Virus record (IMG/VR): IMGVR_UViG_3300050499_000294
Span: 98 to 64,097 of that record
Strand: one strand, 5' to 3'
DNA from: a virus
Length of the DNA: 64,000 nucleotides
The notes under the pieces were generated by a model. The model was not told the origin of the DNA. It saw nothing but the letters and a program-made list of their open reading frames with translations, and searched no databases. This document shows positions 8,601-18,214 of this stretch, one piece after another (within the stretch, counting starts at the first letter, position 1; each line of letters opens with the position of its first letter). The position numbers were made by a program, and so were the translations under genes.

Positions 8601-10981
8601 CCAAACATGAACGTGGAGGTGCGCGGGACCGGAAAGAAACTGAGCTGCGCGGCCAGATGGAGCGTGCGCGTCGGGCCCAACGTGATGGTCAGGACCTCGC
8701 GGGCTTCGAGCGTATCGTCCTCATGACGCACGTACACGACATACGTGAGGTCCTGCTCAAAGAGGCAATCTTCATCGACGTGGAGGATGGCGGCATCGGA
8801 GCCTTGCTGGATGCGCCCGGACGTGCCCCAGCCCGGCAAGGGATGGGCAAAGCGAAAGAGATCATGCATCTGCAGCGGCAGCGCTTCCAGGGAACAGTCC
8901 ATCTCCAGGAGCACATTTTCAAAGCGCCGCCGATTGAGTTCATACTGGAGGGCGCGCATGACCCGGCTTGGCTTGGTCACGCCGCGCAAATCAAAGCTGT
9001 GCTTATGGACCTCAGGGGGCCAGTTGGCCAGCGTCGGCCAGGTAATGACGTCTTGCTCAAAGTCCTGATCTTCACTGGCAAAGCGCGCCTCCACGACGTT
9101 AATGGCGTCCACGTCCTGGATATAGGTGAGGCGCACATTCGTCACGGAGGTCCAGGAGAGGAGACACGTGGGCGTTTCGTCCCGCGTCGGGCGTGGTGTC
9201 CAGAGCCCGGCCGTTTTGAGGAGAATGCCGCGCGATCCGCCCATGGTTTCTAAGAAAAATTGCTGCGCCCGCGTTTCGCGGTCCAGCACGTAATTCAGCG
9301 TATGGCGCCGCTCACCCTGCATTTGCTGGTCACAATAGGCGGCGTAGAGGGCAAAGGCGGTGAGGTCCACCTCGCTATCTGGCACCCCCGTCCCATAGCG
9401 CCGATTGGTGAGCGCATCGAGCACACACCAGGCGGGGTTATCGGACCACGTTTCCGGGACCGCGAGGGAGCCCACGCGCACCTGACGCCCCCGCACCTCG
9501 ACCGTGATATTGGGTAAGGCCCCCCGCAAGGCATCGGTAGCCAGTGCGCGCAAGCCCAGCCAGGCCGTGTACGGATAGGCATACGTATCCGGGACGTATT
9601 CGGTCACACTTTCCAGGATACTCTTATACCGTGCCCGGAGTTCGTCCGTATTCCCCGCGCGGAGGTGCTGAATCTGAATATCGTAGGCTTGATACGGGAG
9701 CCCTTCGCGGCGGATCCCCAGGCGCACCGCCGCCGTGCGGTCGGCATTGACCTGAAAGGGCGTCCACGCGGACCAACTGCCCGTGCCGCGCGGCGCATAG
9801 CGATACTGGAGCACGGCATTATTGCTGTGCTTTTCGCCCTTGTCGTTGAGAAAATACAAGCCCTCGGGCCAGGCCAGGTTGAGGACAAAGGCATGCAACG
9901 CGGCGTTGGAGGTATAGGTGAGGGGGCTCTCGCCGATGTCGCGGCCGTCGGCAAACGTGTTGCGCGCCCCGCCAAACTCGGCAAAGGCCGGTTGATTGGC
10001 CGTGCCGAGGCCGGTATAGACCTGCACGCCCGGAAAGTTGGCCACGGGTTGGCCATTAATCTGAATCGTGTCCGTCAGGATGGCCTCAATCGGGCCTTCA
10101 CAGAGCCCGATCATGAGCGTCAGCGTGGGCGGATTGGTGATGGCCTGGTAGTTGCGCGAGCCCTGATTGTAGAGCATGGCCGTGCCGCCGCCCTGGTAAG
10201 GATGCGTGATACCCACGGCCCACGAGCTATCGAGGACAAACGTATCCGCATCGCCCACGTGAATCGCCCAGGTGGTATTTACTTCTGTTTTGCCTTGAAC
10301 GCCCTGGATCAACACAATCTGGCCCGTGACAAAGCCGTGATTGGGGGCGGTCACATACACAATGTCCGAGGGTTCCCCGTGCGTGACGTCACTAATCGTA
10401 GCGGTGTGGGCCGTGGTGCCATCGTCCACGACGACGGCGGCTTGATCGACAGTGGCCAGGAGGAGTTGCCCGCCAATGCGGTGGCGACCATACACGACCG
10501 GGACGACGGCGCCCGGCCCCACGGCGGTGCGAATCCCCTCAAAGCTAAAGGTGCGTTCGGCCTCGCCGCTCATCTGGTTTTGCTGCGGCAGCAGGAGCGG
10601 CTTCGGACGAAAGAGAAAATGGGACGCCGCCGAAACCGCGAGGCCGACCAGCAACGAGATACCAATCCCAATCAACGTCGCCGGTTCGCCCCACGTCGGC
10701 CAGAGCCAGAGTTCATCCCCGGCCTTCGGCACGTAGCGCGCGTAATGCTCAGGCAGGATCGTGGCCCCGTTCACGGTGACATGCCGCAAGTCTTCGCCCT
10801 CGGGCAGATAGGCATCGAGCGGATCGCCTGCCGGAAAGACCTCCCGCTGCACGCGCAAGTGTCCATCGGCGGCCCGCAGGGGCGACAGGACCAGGATACA
10901 GGTAACGGTGGCTACAGGAGCCGCCGCAACCGCGCAATCTGCATCAGGCGGGGCGCCCAACGCTTCGTCAACTCCATACAT
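5684..10981 (-). CDS. Tail tip/host-specificity protein (lambda gpI-gpJ-like fusion, FN3-like domains)
   Basis: 1765 aa; VPVVYGRHRIGG, GLCEGPI, WSDNPAWCVLDALTNRRYG motifs; position after the NlpC gene. Confidence 0.9.
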   Translation of the reverse strand: MYGVDEALGAPPDADCAVAAAPVATVTCILVLSPLRAADGHLRVQREVFPAGDPLDAYLPEGEDLRHVTVNGATILPEHYARYVPKAGDELWLWPTWGEPATLIGIGISLLVGLAVSAASHFLFRPKPLLLPQQNQMSGEAERTFSFEGIRTAVGPGAVVPVVYGRHRIGGQLLLATVDQAAVVVDDGTTAHTATISDVTHGEPSDIVYVTAPNHGFVTGQIVLIQGVQGKTEVNTTWAIHVGDADTFVLDSSWAVGITHPYQGGGTAMLYNQGSRNYQAITNPPTLTLMIGLCEGPIEAILTDTIQINGQPVANFPGVQVYTGLGTANQPAFAEFGGARNTFADGRDIGESPLTYTSNAALHAFVLNLAWPEGLYFLNDKGEKHSNNAVLQYRYAPRGTGSWSAWTPFQVNADRTAAVRLGIRREGLPYQAYDIQIQHLRAGNTDELRARYKSILESVTEYVPDTYAYPYTAWLGLRALATDALRGALPNITVEVRGRQVRVGSLAVPETWSDNPAWCVLDALTNRRYGTGVPDSEVDLTAFALYAAYCDQQMQGERRHTLNYVLDRETRAQQFFLETMGGSRGILLKTAGLWTPRPTRDETPTCLLSWTSVTNVRLTYIQDVDAINVVEARFASEDQDFEQDVITWPTLANWPPEVHKHSFDLRGVTKPSRVMRALQYELNRRRFENVLLEMDCSLEALPLQMHDLFRFAHPLPGWGTSGRIQQGSDAAILHVDEDCLFEQDLTYVVYVRHEDDTLEAREVLTITLGPTRTLHLAAQLSFFPVPRTSTFMFGTLATNANTRTFRVTSLRRKNDLTVSLEALIHNPSIYDEAVASPLGVITTLFNPEGPPPPLLSLVATEVTRIQTSGASLRVINLSWDVAPLSSGYALYGGAMILRRVLLATGQMGQVEAGTIGAGAISDPNDPNYNYTPLTQVRGHVLDWDDYTAISGSTYQYRVVPISHLGVPNNIGAREVVIHIAGPTTPGYFPATPRNLRLQGQAVGVSLWEGRDLHVEWDAVADSPLFSETFFVAFYVVQVWAPGQLYLLRAYNAALAPAGQSVQWTYTHQQNEEDQIRSGYAGARRDLQVMVWAVTNTGLLSLDPAVIVVTNAPPDMSNILPEAQALFEAVRIDWKQWIRPRDFDHFLVLLDAGNPPTIPNQTVGIDFQVLLIPDLLAGITYYVQIIPYDSFGIGIPSAIASFTPVALTADKLDNTPPAVPTGLRLTTGTDASADGTVMTWVQAHWNPQGEEDLNGFQLVFRVASPNIPTVVQPGRFDSTYKIFVPGNVTVFAKIAAIDRLANLSAFTDPEVSITTGRDGTPPSAAANLYAVGTVQKIALLWTPPGDLDYDYCEVWTSGLNDRSTAGVIGQGSYSFEHTGFVANQRAYYWIRPVDTSGNIGPFHPVSATAGVTAVAGQLDDTFISSLVATKILTGKLTALVSIGVADRVYIDGTNSLMVIRDQYLGNNRVLLGKLGPLSDQYGIQIFNSGGGLMFDANESGVTAAGIKTGVINAGHLRTDTAVITGVAQIQDALIRNAHILDLAADKIIAGTINAQVFLGGPVAGSIAPIVLDGVNRQIILRDDNGTIRVWIGRIAAGPTNYSILIYHADGSLMWSPETGAQTPGIAPSAVVTEKIYVNAVTNSVSYTDIVGLSVTISETALASLVFDLNEGDQVWVTLTATVSVATLDDACELRVRENSAASGSPELAYGQTNNPGRSTMVCQGVYTAPSGFSGTKAFVGTFKNGGVAGNSIGADHIKMVGFRRQR

Positions 10982-11295
10982 GTGCCCAGGTTCTTTCTCG
11001 TGTGCACAAACTGCCGACCATCACAAACAATCCCCACATGACTACTCGCCATGCCACGGGGACGGAAGATCAAAATGTCCCACACTTGCACCAGCGTGAG
11101 CGGATCACGGGGATCCTCCTGAAACCAGATCTCTTGGACTTGGGCGACCGCCGCTGCCGGGTCGGCGTCCAGATCAATGCCCCAGCCTTTGCCATACAGA
11201 TCCCGCAGGAGGTTCCAACAGTTATAGTCGTCATAACTGCGCCCGAGAATCGCATCCACGAGTGGGAAGATGTCAGGAACGACAATGCTGGTCAT
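10912..11295 (-). CDS. NlpC/P60 tail assembly protein (gpK-like)
   Basis: YNCWNLL (catalytic Cys) and HVGIV...FVH motifs. Confidence 0.8.
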   Translation of the reverse strand: MTSIVVPDIFPLVDAILGRSYDDYNCWNLLRDLYGKGWGIDLDADPAAAVAQVQEIWFQEDPRDPLTLVQVWDILIFRPRGMASSHVGIVCDGRQFVHTRKNLGTCMELTKRWAPRLMQIARLRRLL

Positions 11296-11307
11296 AATAT
11301 AACTTTT

Positions 11308-11814
11308 CTAGCTAAGCCTTCTAGGTATGTTCGGAAAGCCCCCGGACTGCGTGAACCGTCTTTTTGGTATTGTTCCTGAAAGAGTTATACCCTCGGCCTG
11401 GAGGTCGACCACCGCCGTGAGAAAGTCCGTCGCCACCTGCACGACCTGGAAGACTTCGCCTGTGCCAAAGGGCGTCGCGTCGGGCTGCTGCGTATCAATG
11501 GGCCAGATGGTCACCTCCCAGCGGCTATCCGGCCCCCAGTAGTGCTCGAGTAACGAGATAAACGCCTGATCCACATTGCCTACCGTCCCCCGCAGACGCA
11601 CCAGGGATTGACTCGTGGCGTCTTCGAGGGCGTCCACGTCCACGCTGGCACGGTTGTACCAGATGCCATGAAACGGAATATCCTGATCGTAATTGACCAA
11701 ACGATACGGGACGGGAGCGCCTGGTATAAATAGCTCGAAAAGCCAGGTAATGACATGATCCGATTGCAACTGATTTTTTTCCCGCACGAGCGCCGCTGAG
11801 AGAATACGGGGCAC
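11308..11814 (-). CDS. Minor tail protein (gpL/DUF1833-like)
   Basis: Position between Dit and NlpC; RLVNYDQDIPFHGIWY, IPKRRF motifs. Confidence 0.7.
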   Translation of the reverse strand: MPRILSAALVREKNQLQSDHVITWLFELFIPGAPVPYRLVNYDQDIPFHGIWYNRASVDVDALEDATSQSLVRLRGTVGNVDQAFISLLEHYWGPDSRWEVTIWPIDTQQPDATPFGTGEVFQVVQVATDFLTAVVDLQAEGITLSGTIPKRRFTQSGGFPNIPRRLS

Positions 11815-11848
11815 TAGACTTTCTCCGCTGCATAGAGGATACTCAGAG

Positions 11849-11907
11849 GTACGGCTATAAGCGGGGTTGCTACCGCTCGACCACCAGTCTCCACACTGGC
11901 GCCGTAC
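11849..11907 (+). promoter_or_regulatory. Three-way-junction RNA leader of HNH gene 1
   Basis: P1 GTACGGC/GCCGTAC, P2 AGCGG/CCGCT, P3 CCAGT/ACTGG; starts just after a -10-like GATACT at 11838. Confidence 0.45.
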
Positions 11908-11948
11908 GTTCTCCTTGTGGAGCCCTTCTCAACGTGGAGGTTGAGCCC

Positions 11949-12764
11949 ATGCCCGTGCTCTGTGTGTGCCTGAATCCTACCTGTCACAAGTCCTTTACTG
12001 CTTCTGCCTATCGTGTCCAACGTGGCCTGGTCAAATACTGCTCGCGCCAATGTGCTGGAGAGATAGCAAGTGCGCAGACCAGCACGCGTTTTTGGAACCG
12101 TGTCGCTGTGTGCGCGCATGGATGGGAGTGCCCCTATTGCTGCCACGTATGGACTGGCTTTCGGAATAAAGGCGGTTATGGCATCTTTCCTCTCAAAGAG
12201 GACGGACACTGGAACAACCGTCTGGCATCGCGTATGGTCTGGGCGTTGATTAACAACCGCCCGATTCCTGCTGGGCTGAATGTCCTGCATCATTGCGACA
12301 ACCCGCCGTGTACTAATTTGTACCATATCTATCTTGGGACACATAAGCAGAATACGACTGATGCGAAGAAGCGAAAACGCCTTGCCGTTGGCGAGCAACG
12401 AAGCCATCTGCGAGAACAAGACATTGCAGACATTCACCTGCTGTATCAACAAGGAGCGAAGTTGCGCGAATTGGCGGAACAATTTCAGCTTGATGGAACG
12501 TCTATTGGCGCCATTGTCCACGGCAAAACCTGGCAGCATATCGAACGGCCCTTTAGCGAAGAACAGGTGCTTACTTTTGTTTATGCACATCGACAGCGTG
12601 GAGCGAGCCACTCGCGAGCCAAGTTGACGGAAGAACAAGTACGTTCCATACGAACCATGCGAACGCAGGGCATAAGTGCTAGAGCCTTGGCGCAACAGTT
12701 TCAGGTGAGCCTGACCCAGATTAAAGATATTCTGAGAAGAAAATCGTGGAAGCATTTGCCCTAG
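11949..12764 (+). CDS. HNH homing endonuclease (antisense insertion)
   Basis: VLHHCDNPPCTNLYHIYLGTHKQN; N-terminal Zn-ribbon; two C-terminal HTH-like repeats; RBS GGAGG. Confidence 0.9.
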   Translation: MPVLCVCLNPTCHKSFTASAYRVQRGLVKYCSRQCAGEIASAQTSTRFWNRVAVCAHGWECPYCCHVWTGFRNKGGYGIFPLKEDGHWNNRLASRMVWALINNRPIPAGLNVLHHCDNPPCTNLYHIYLGTHKQNTTDAKKRKRLAVGEQRSHLREQDIADIHLLYQQGAKLRELAEQFQLDGTSIGAIVHGKTWQHIERPFSEEQVLTFVYAHRQRGASHSRAKLTEEQVRSIRTMRTQGISARALAQQFQVSLTQIKDILRRKSWKHLP

Positions 12765-12766
12765 GC

Positions 12767-13360
12767 CTAAAATTGTTCTTGGATTAGTACTACTAGATTG
12801 AATCTCCCGCGCCCTTGCGTGAAGACATCGGCGGCCTCGGGGCCAATCAACTTCACGGCGGGTTCCATCACGTCCTGAGCAAATCGGGCGGTCGCATTGG
12901 GGAGATACGGGACCGCGATCGCACTCCCCGTCCCGCCCTGAGCGGCCGAGCCATTGAGCGCAAAACTCGTGGAATCGAAGCGCGTCAGCGTCCAGAAGCC
13001 GTTGAGCCCGGCATGCGTCGCACTGTTGAGCCAGAGCCACTGATTGGTGACGTAGCTGTGCTGGAGCGTACAGACCACGGGCGTCGTGTTCGAGTAGTTG
13101 ACGCGATCCCCACCCGTGCGGTGCAGCCACTCAAACGACAGTACGCCCAGGCGTTGCTGGAGCAAGAAGTCGCGGAGCACGCGCATCTGCGGCGTCGTGA
13201 GCCCCAAATACTCCAACTGATACTGGCGCAAGGCCCGACTATGCTTGGGCCGACGCAGTTCGTACCCTTGGTCTGACTCGAACTGGTGCATTGGGTCATG
13301 TATGGCGGCAACCGAGATACTCGACGGTATGGGATCGATCGGATAGACGGCCATCCTCAA
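12767..13360 (-). CDS. Distal tail protein (gpM/Dit-like) with inserted beta-domain
   Basis: Immediately after the tape measure; ESDQGYELRR...RQYQLEY...LSFEW motifs. Confidence 0.65.
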   Translation of the reverse strand: MRMAVYPIDPIPSSISVAAIHDPMHQFESDQGYELRRPKHSRALRQYQLEYLGLTTPQMRVLRDFLLQQRLGVLSFEWLHRTGGDRVNYSNTTPVVCTLQHSYVTNQWLWLNSATHAGLNGFWTLTRFDSTSFALNGSAAQGGTGSAIAVPYLPNATARFAQDVMEPAVKLIGPEAADVFTQGRGRFNLVVLIQEQF

Positions 13361-13368
13361 CCTCGCCC

Positions 13369-16300
13369 TTAGCGCAGCGCCTGTAACGTCCGCGCAATGC
13401 GCGAACCTGACCCTTGACTGATTTCATTAAGAACTTCGTTGATAATCACCGCTTTCCCTAACGCGCGTTCCCGTGACGCCTCTTGCGCGGCCTGTTCCCG
13501 ATTGGCCACGTTGATCACGGTGACGCCCCCCATGGCTTGCCCCCCGGCCGTGGGTGCTGCGCGCATGGCGCCACTCATAAGCGCTTGCATTTGCGGCCGA
13601 TTGAGCACGTACTCGGGATTCATCGCGGGATTTTCGCCGGCGAGGATGGCCGTGGGGCGGTTGACAATCGCGCCGCCCTGGGCCTGCTGAAAAAACGTGG
13701 TCCCCGGCGCAATCCCGAGGGCAGCCTGGTTCCCGGCAGCGGTGCCAGTCGCTCCAGCCGCTCCAGGCGCGAACGCCGCGCCAATCGCCGTAATGCCCAG
13801 CCGTATGAGCATGCGGAAGCCCTCGTTCAGCGCAATCTGGGCCACCGAGTCGAGGATGCTCTTGGCCATGAGCCGGAAGGCATCGCTCACACGTTCCGTC
13901 CCGTCAATAATGCTGAGGAGCCCCTGCGTGATGGTCTGCGCGGCAGTATCGCCAATCCGCTCGGTGATCTGCATAATGTCGTTAAAGCGTTCTTGCGCGG
14001 TAATCGCGCGCAGCCGTGCTTCGTCGTCGGGGGTCAACTCCACCCCTTGCCGCCGCGCTTGTGCCCGGAGGCGGAGTTCGGCTCGCTCCTCGCGCGGTGC
14101 CCGGAGCCGTTCCAGTTGCGCCTCAATGCTCTGCGTCATCGCGTCGGAGGCCGCTTGCGCCTCGCGCTGCGCATCGGTACGGGCCTTGATCGCCGCAAAA
14201 CTGCTCTCCATCGCTTGTTTTTCTTCAATGAGCAGCCGGACATTTTCCGCCCGTGTCTGGATTTCCGCATCCTGGGGAAACTGCGCTGCCAGGCGCGCCG
14301 CCTCGCCTTCCTTGCGGGCATCCGCCGTGAGCGAATATTGCCGCTCCAAGCTCTTCAGGCTCTCCACGGCCTGAAAGCGCTTCTGCACTTCCTCCTCAAG
14401 GGCGCGAATATATTCCCGGCCCGTCGCCATGACCTGTTGGCGCCGTTCCCGCGCGTCGACGTCGCGCTGCCGCTCTTCCTCCTCAATGGCCTGGAGGTAT
14501 TCGCGGCCCGTCGCCCTGGTTTGCGCCAGCCGCTCGGTGTCAGGGGTTTGCGCTTCTTGCCCCGCGGCCAGGGCGCGTTGCTGGCGGCCAGCGGCATCGA
14601 GCATGCCCTGGATGGTCTGCGGGACACGCCGCAAAACATCCTGCGCAAAGGTCGCGTTTTCGCCGGTAGGAAGCGGGATGCCCCCGCGCGCCGGTCCCGC
14701 ATTGTAAGCAGTGAGCGCCCGCTCGACATTGCCATTGAACTTCTGGAGGAGTTCCGCAAAATAACTCATGCCCGCCCGGAGATTGGCTTCGGGCTCAAAC
14801 TCCCGGCCCCCGGCGCCATACGCGGCGGCCGTCCCCGGCATGAGTTGCATGAGGCCCTTGGCGCCCGCACGGGAGACAGCCTGCGGATTAAAGCCGGATT
14901 CCTGCTCGATTAAGGCGCGCATCAGGTTCGGATCGAGGCCTTTTTCGCCGGCAATCCGCTCAATCAGGGCATCAAGGGAGTTGGGCGCGCCACTCGGCGT
15001 AATCGTCCGGCGCAACCCTTCGCCCAGCTTGCCGATTTCTTCCTGCACGGCCTTGAGGGTCTTTTCCCAGGCTTTGAATTTCTGGTCTGCAATGTCGAGC
15101 GCGGAGAGAAAGGGCGCATTCAGCTCAATATCACGGATTTGCTGGCGCCCTTGGTCCAGGATTTTCGCTATGCGCTCTTCCGCCGCTTGCAGCGGCCGTT
15201 CGTCCGCCGCAATCTCAAACTTAAAGCCGACTTGCCCCCCCGGCCCAAAGCCTTCCGCTTGCAGCTTCTGTTGAAACTCGGCCATTGCCTTGCGCTGTTC
15301 GGCATCAACGGCTTGCAGCTTATCCCGAATGGCCCGCCGCTCCTCCGTCGTAAGCGGTCCCGCAAAGCCGGGGAGCATGCTCTCGACCAATTGCGAGGCC
15401 TGGGCGCCCGTAATCTGCGCCTGCAAGCGCTCCAACTCGGCCTGACGTTCCCGAATCGCGGGCGGGAAGCCCACACCGCCTCGCGGCAGAGCACCCACCG
15501 GGGGACCCGCTTCCCGACTACGTTCTTCCTGGACTTTACGCAAGGTAGCCAGCAGCGTCGTGGCAGCCTCGGCCAGGCTCCGGAGCGTGTCCAGGAGCCC
15601 GGAGGCCGCGATGGTTTCCCCAGCCAGCTTGATCTCGTTGCTCAGGCGCTGAAATGCGGCGGCGGCGGTATCGGTCGCGGTCGCCACGGCCCCGCCGAAC
15701 TCCATGCGAAAGCGCTCACTGAAGCGCCGGACGAACTCAATACTGTCCGTCCCCTTCTCGATCATCTTATTCAGTTCTTGCGTCGTCACCCCAAAGGCCC
15801 GCGCCGCAATCTGCGTGGCCCCAGGAATCGCTTCCGCCAGCTGTTGGCGTAATTCCTCTTGCGACACGATGCCTTTGGAGACCATCTGCTGGAGGGCGAG
15901 GAGCCCGCGCTCGGTCTGCTGCGAGCTTGCTCCCATGGCCCGCATGCCCACTACCATGTTTTCAAAGATGCGGGCGGCCTGCTCGCCCTGAATGGACGTG
16001 CCACGGGTCGCGGCGTCAAAGCGCCGGAAGTTTTCGGCGAGCGGGATGACTTCGATCCCCAACCGCTGCGCCAGGTTGATCATCTGCTGGAAGGCCGCAG
16101 CGCCGGCGCTCACGCCCTGGATGGCCGTAAATTGCTGGCGTAACTGTTGGAATTGCACGCCGACCGCGACGATACTCGTCGCCAACTCTTTCATCTGACT
16201 GATGATGGCGCCAATACTGGTGGCAATCCCGATGCCCCCGGCCACACTGAGCGCCGTACTCAGGGCCGCGCCCAGCCGTCCCGCATTCTGCGCCGCGTCT

Positions 16301-17463
16301 TGAGCGGCTTGCTGCTCCGCCGCCCGGCGTTCTTGGGCGAGTTGCCGTGCCTCCTGGGCCGCTTGGCGCGCGGCCACTTGCTGTTGTTGCACGGCGGCTT
16401 GTTGGGCCTGCGCTGCACGTTGGGCCGCTGCCGCGACTTCTTGCGCCGACTGCCGTGCCTCCTGGGCTGCTTGGCGGGACGCCACTTGCTGTTGTTGCAC
16501 CGCGGCTTGTTGGATTTGGGCCGTGCGCTGCGCCGCTGCCGCGACTTCTTGCGCGGCCTGGCGGGCTTCCTGAGCCGCGAGACGGGACGCGACTTGTTGT
16601 TGCTGCATCGCGGCCTGTTGCGCTTGCGCCGCGCGTTGGGCGGCGGCCGCGATGTCTTGGGCCGCCTGGCGGGCTTCCGTGGCCGCCGTGCGGGCCGCGA
16701 CTTGTTGTTGCTGGACGGCGGCTTGTTGGGCTTGCGCGGCCCGTTGCTGCACGGCGGCGACATCTTGCGCCGCTTGACGGGCGTCCGTCGCCTGTTGTTG
16801 ACTCGCCGCCTGCGCCAGCGCCTGCGTCTGCTGCCGGGTGCTCTGCGTCACCTGCTGCATGGCACTGGCCGTCTGGGTTGCCAATTGCGCGTACTGACTC
16901 GTCGCCTGCGAGAGCGCCGTATACGCTTGTGTCTGCGCCACTAGGGCCTGCGTGAGACTGGTCGAAGTTTGGGTCGTCTGCGGATCGACTTGCGAACGAC
17001 TCCCTGCCGCAGGAGCGGCGGGAAGGGACGCGCCAACGATCGCGGGTGCCTGCGCTTGCACGGATCTGACGGCAGCCTGGGCTTGCGTCAATTGTTGATA
17101 CGCACGCGCCTGGGCCGTGATGGCTTGCGTGAGGGCCGTCGCCGCCTGGGCCGATTGCTGCGTACTCTGCGCGATACTGGCCTGGCCCTGGCTCGCGGAC
17201 ATGAGCGCCTGGGTGAGCTGCTGAAGCGCACTGGCGGCCTGCGTAACGACTTGCACCTGTTGACTGAGCGCTTGGGCCAGCGCGAGCAAGGCTTGGGCGG
17301 TTTGCTGCGTCGTCTGCGCCGCCTGCGTCTGGCCCTGGCGGAGTTGGCCCATCGTCTGCTGGAGTTGCGAGAGCCGCTGCTGGGCCTGCGTCAGCGCCTG
17401 GTCAAAACCGCTGGCATCGATACGGAGGCGTGCCACCACATCGCCGACCACAATCTCCGCCAT
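13369..17463 (-). CDS. Tape measure protein with lytic transglycosylase (SLT) domain
   Basis: 1364 aa Ala/Gln-rich; tape-measure domain GIVSQEELRQQLAEAIPGA; SLT motifs IEQESGFNPQAVSRAGAKGLMQLMP and ALTAYNAGP. Confidence 0.95.
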   Translation of the reverse strand: MAEIVVGDVVARLRIDASGFDQALTQAQQRLSQLQQTMGQLRQGQTQAAQTTQQTAQALLALAQALSQQVQVVTQAASALQQLTQALMSASQGQASIAQSTQQSAQAATALTQAITAQARAYQQLTQAQAAVRSVQAQAPAIVGASLPAAPAAGSRSQVDPQTTQTSTSLTQALVAQTQAYTALSQATSQYAQLATQTASAMQQVTQSTRQQTQALAQAASQQQATDARQAAQDVAAVQQRAAQAQQAAVQQQQVAARTAATEARQAAQDIAAAAQRAAQAQQAAMQQQQVASRLAAQEARQAAQEVAAAAQRTAQIQQAAVQQQQVASRQAAQEARQSAQEVAAAAQRAAQAQQAAVQQQQVAARQAAQEARQLAQERRAAEQQAAQDAAQNAGRLGAALSTALSVAGGIGIATSIGAIISQMKELATSIVAVGVQFQQLRQQFTAIQGVSAGAAAFQQMINLAQRLGIEVIPLAENFRRFDAATRGTSIQGEQAARIFENMVVGMRAMGASSQQTERGLLALQQMVSKGIVSQEELRQQLAEAIPGATQIAARAFGVTTQELNKMIEKGTDSIEFVRRFSERFRMEFGGAVATATDTAAAAFQRLSNEIKLAGETIAASGLLDTLRSLAEAATTLLATLRKVQEERSREAGPPVGALPRGGVGFPPAIRERQAELERLQAQITGAQASQLVESMLPGFAGPLTTEERRAIRDKLQAVDAEQRKAMAEFQQKLQAEGFGPGGQVGFKFEIAADERPLQAAEERIAKILDQGRQQIRDIELNAPFLSALDIADQKFKAWEKTLKAVQEEIGKLGEGLRRTITPSGAPNSLDALIERIAGEKGLDPNLMRALIEQESGFNPQAVSRAGAKGLMQLMPGTAAAYGAGGREFEPEANLRAGMSYFAELLQKFNGNVERALTAYNAGPARGGIPLPTGENATFAQDVLRRVPQTIQGMLDAAGRQQRALAAGQEAQTPDTERLAQTRATGREYLQAIEEEERQRDVDARERRQQVMATGREYIRALEEEVQKRFQAVESLKSLERQYSLTADARKEGEAARLAAQFPQDAEIQTRAENVRLLIEEKQAMESSFAAIKARTDAQREAQAASDAMTQSIEAQLERLRAPREERAELRLRAQARRQGVELTPDDEARLRAITAQERFNDIMQITERIGDTAAQTITQGLLSIIDGTERVSDAFRLMAKSILDSVAQIALNEGFRMLIRLGITAIGAAFAPGAAGATGTAAGNQAALGIAPGTTFFQQAQGGAIVNRPTAILAGENPAMNPEYVLNRPQMQALMSGAMRAAPTAGGQAMGGVTVINVANREQAAQEASRERALGKAVIINEVLNEISQGSGSRIARTLQALR
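16300..16830 (-). repeat. About five tandem 108-nt (36-aa) repeats in the tape measure
   Basis: Repeated QQQQVAARQAAQEARQxAQEVAAAAQRAAQAQQAAV; boundaries approximate. Confidence 0.75.
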
Positions 17464-17820
17464 TTAAGCCTTCCTCTCCCCATTGGCCGTATACAAGCTA
17501 TGCAGTATCCCGATCCGCGCCTCCATCTCCTCCAGGCGTGGAGGCGGTGGCGGAGGCGGGGGCGGCTCGGGATACCCCAGCACGGCTAACATCTCGTCCA
17601 GCGTAAACGGGTCGCGGCGCTGATCCGTATCCCGGTGCACGTTCCAATACGCTTGCAGCAACATCGCCATCGGTCGTACCTGCCGGGTCTGCTGCTGCCA
17701 GTACGCCTCAGCCAGCAGGTGCCCTTCGAGAAACGTCATGCCCCAGAATTCGCCGTCGCTGACACCAAGACAGGTCCGTTCAAAGGCCCAGAGCTTGCCC
17801 CAGTCGATCCGGCCAAAGGG
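17464..17820 (-). CDS. Tail assembly chaperone T segment (GT fusion via -1 frameshift)
   Basis: The -1 frame is open from the slippery site: FGRIDWGKLWAFERTCLGVSDGEFWGMTFLE..., a typical T-segment motif. Confidence 0.75.
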   Translation of the reverse strand, partial: PFGRIDWGKLWAFERTCLGVSDGEFWGMTFLEGHLLAEAYWQQQTRQVRPMAMLLQAYWNVHRDTDQRRDPFTLDEMLAVLGYPEPPPPPPPPPRLEEMEARIGILHSLYTANGERKA

Positions 17821-18206
17821 TCGGTGTCGACGGCCTCCGCTGTGACGGCATCCACGGCGGCCTGCGGGCTCGCATGGCTCCAGGCCTGAAGGATCAGACC
17901 CACATAGGGAATAAGCCCCGTGGGATCCGCGTAGGGCAGGGCTTCTTCGACCTGGGCGAGCGTCAACGTCGGGTCTTCATGGAGGCAGCCTTGGTGCAGC
18001 ATCACGGAAATGTTAATATAGCTTAGTTTACTTAAGTCATTATCCAAGAGCATTTCACTGAGGCGCCGCACCCCTTCAAAGAACGTGTAGTCCCGCCCCC
18101 AGATCCGCGTGAGGGCCAACTCAATGTTCTTGACCGCCGCCCGTGTAAAGAGCAGCTGACGCGGCTTGTCGAGCTCAATGGGCACGAGGGCGACAATAGA
18201 GGGCAT
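17736..18206 (-). CDS. Tail assembly chaperone G
   Basis: Upstream of the tape measure; PIELDKPRQLLFT motif; slippery heptamer near its 3' end. Confidence 0.8.
   Translation of the reverse strand: MPSIVALVPIELDKPRQLLFTRAAVKNIELALTRIWGRDYTFFEGVRRLSEMLLDNDLSKLSYINISVMLHQGCLHEDPTLTLAQVEEALPYADPTGLIPYVGLILQAWSHASPQAAVDAVTAEAVDTDPLAGSTGASSGPLNGPVLVSATANSGA
17814..17820 (-). promoter_or_regulatory. Programmed -1 frameshift slippery site CCCTTTG
   Basis: G frame GAC CCT TTG shifts to CCC TTT, joining the open T frame. Confidence 0.75.
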
Positions 18207-18214
18207 AGCAACTC

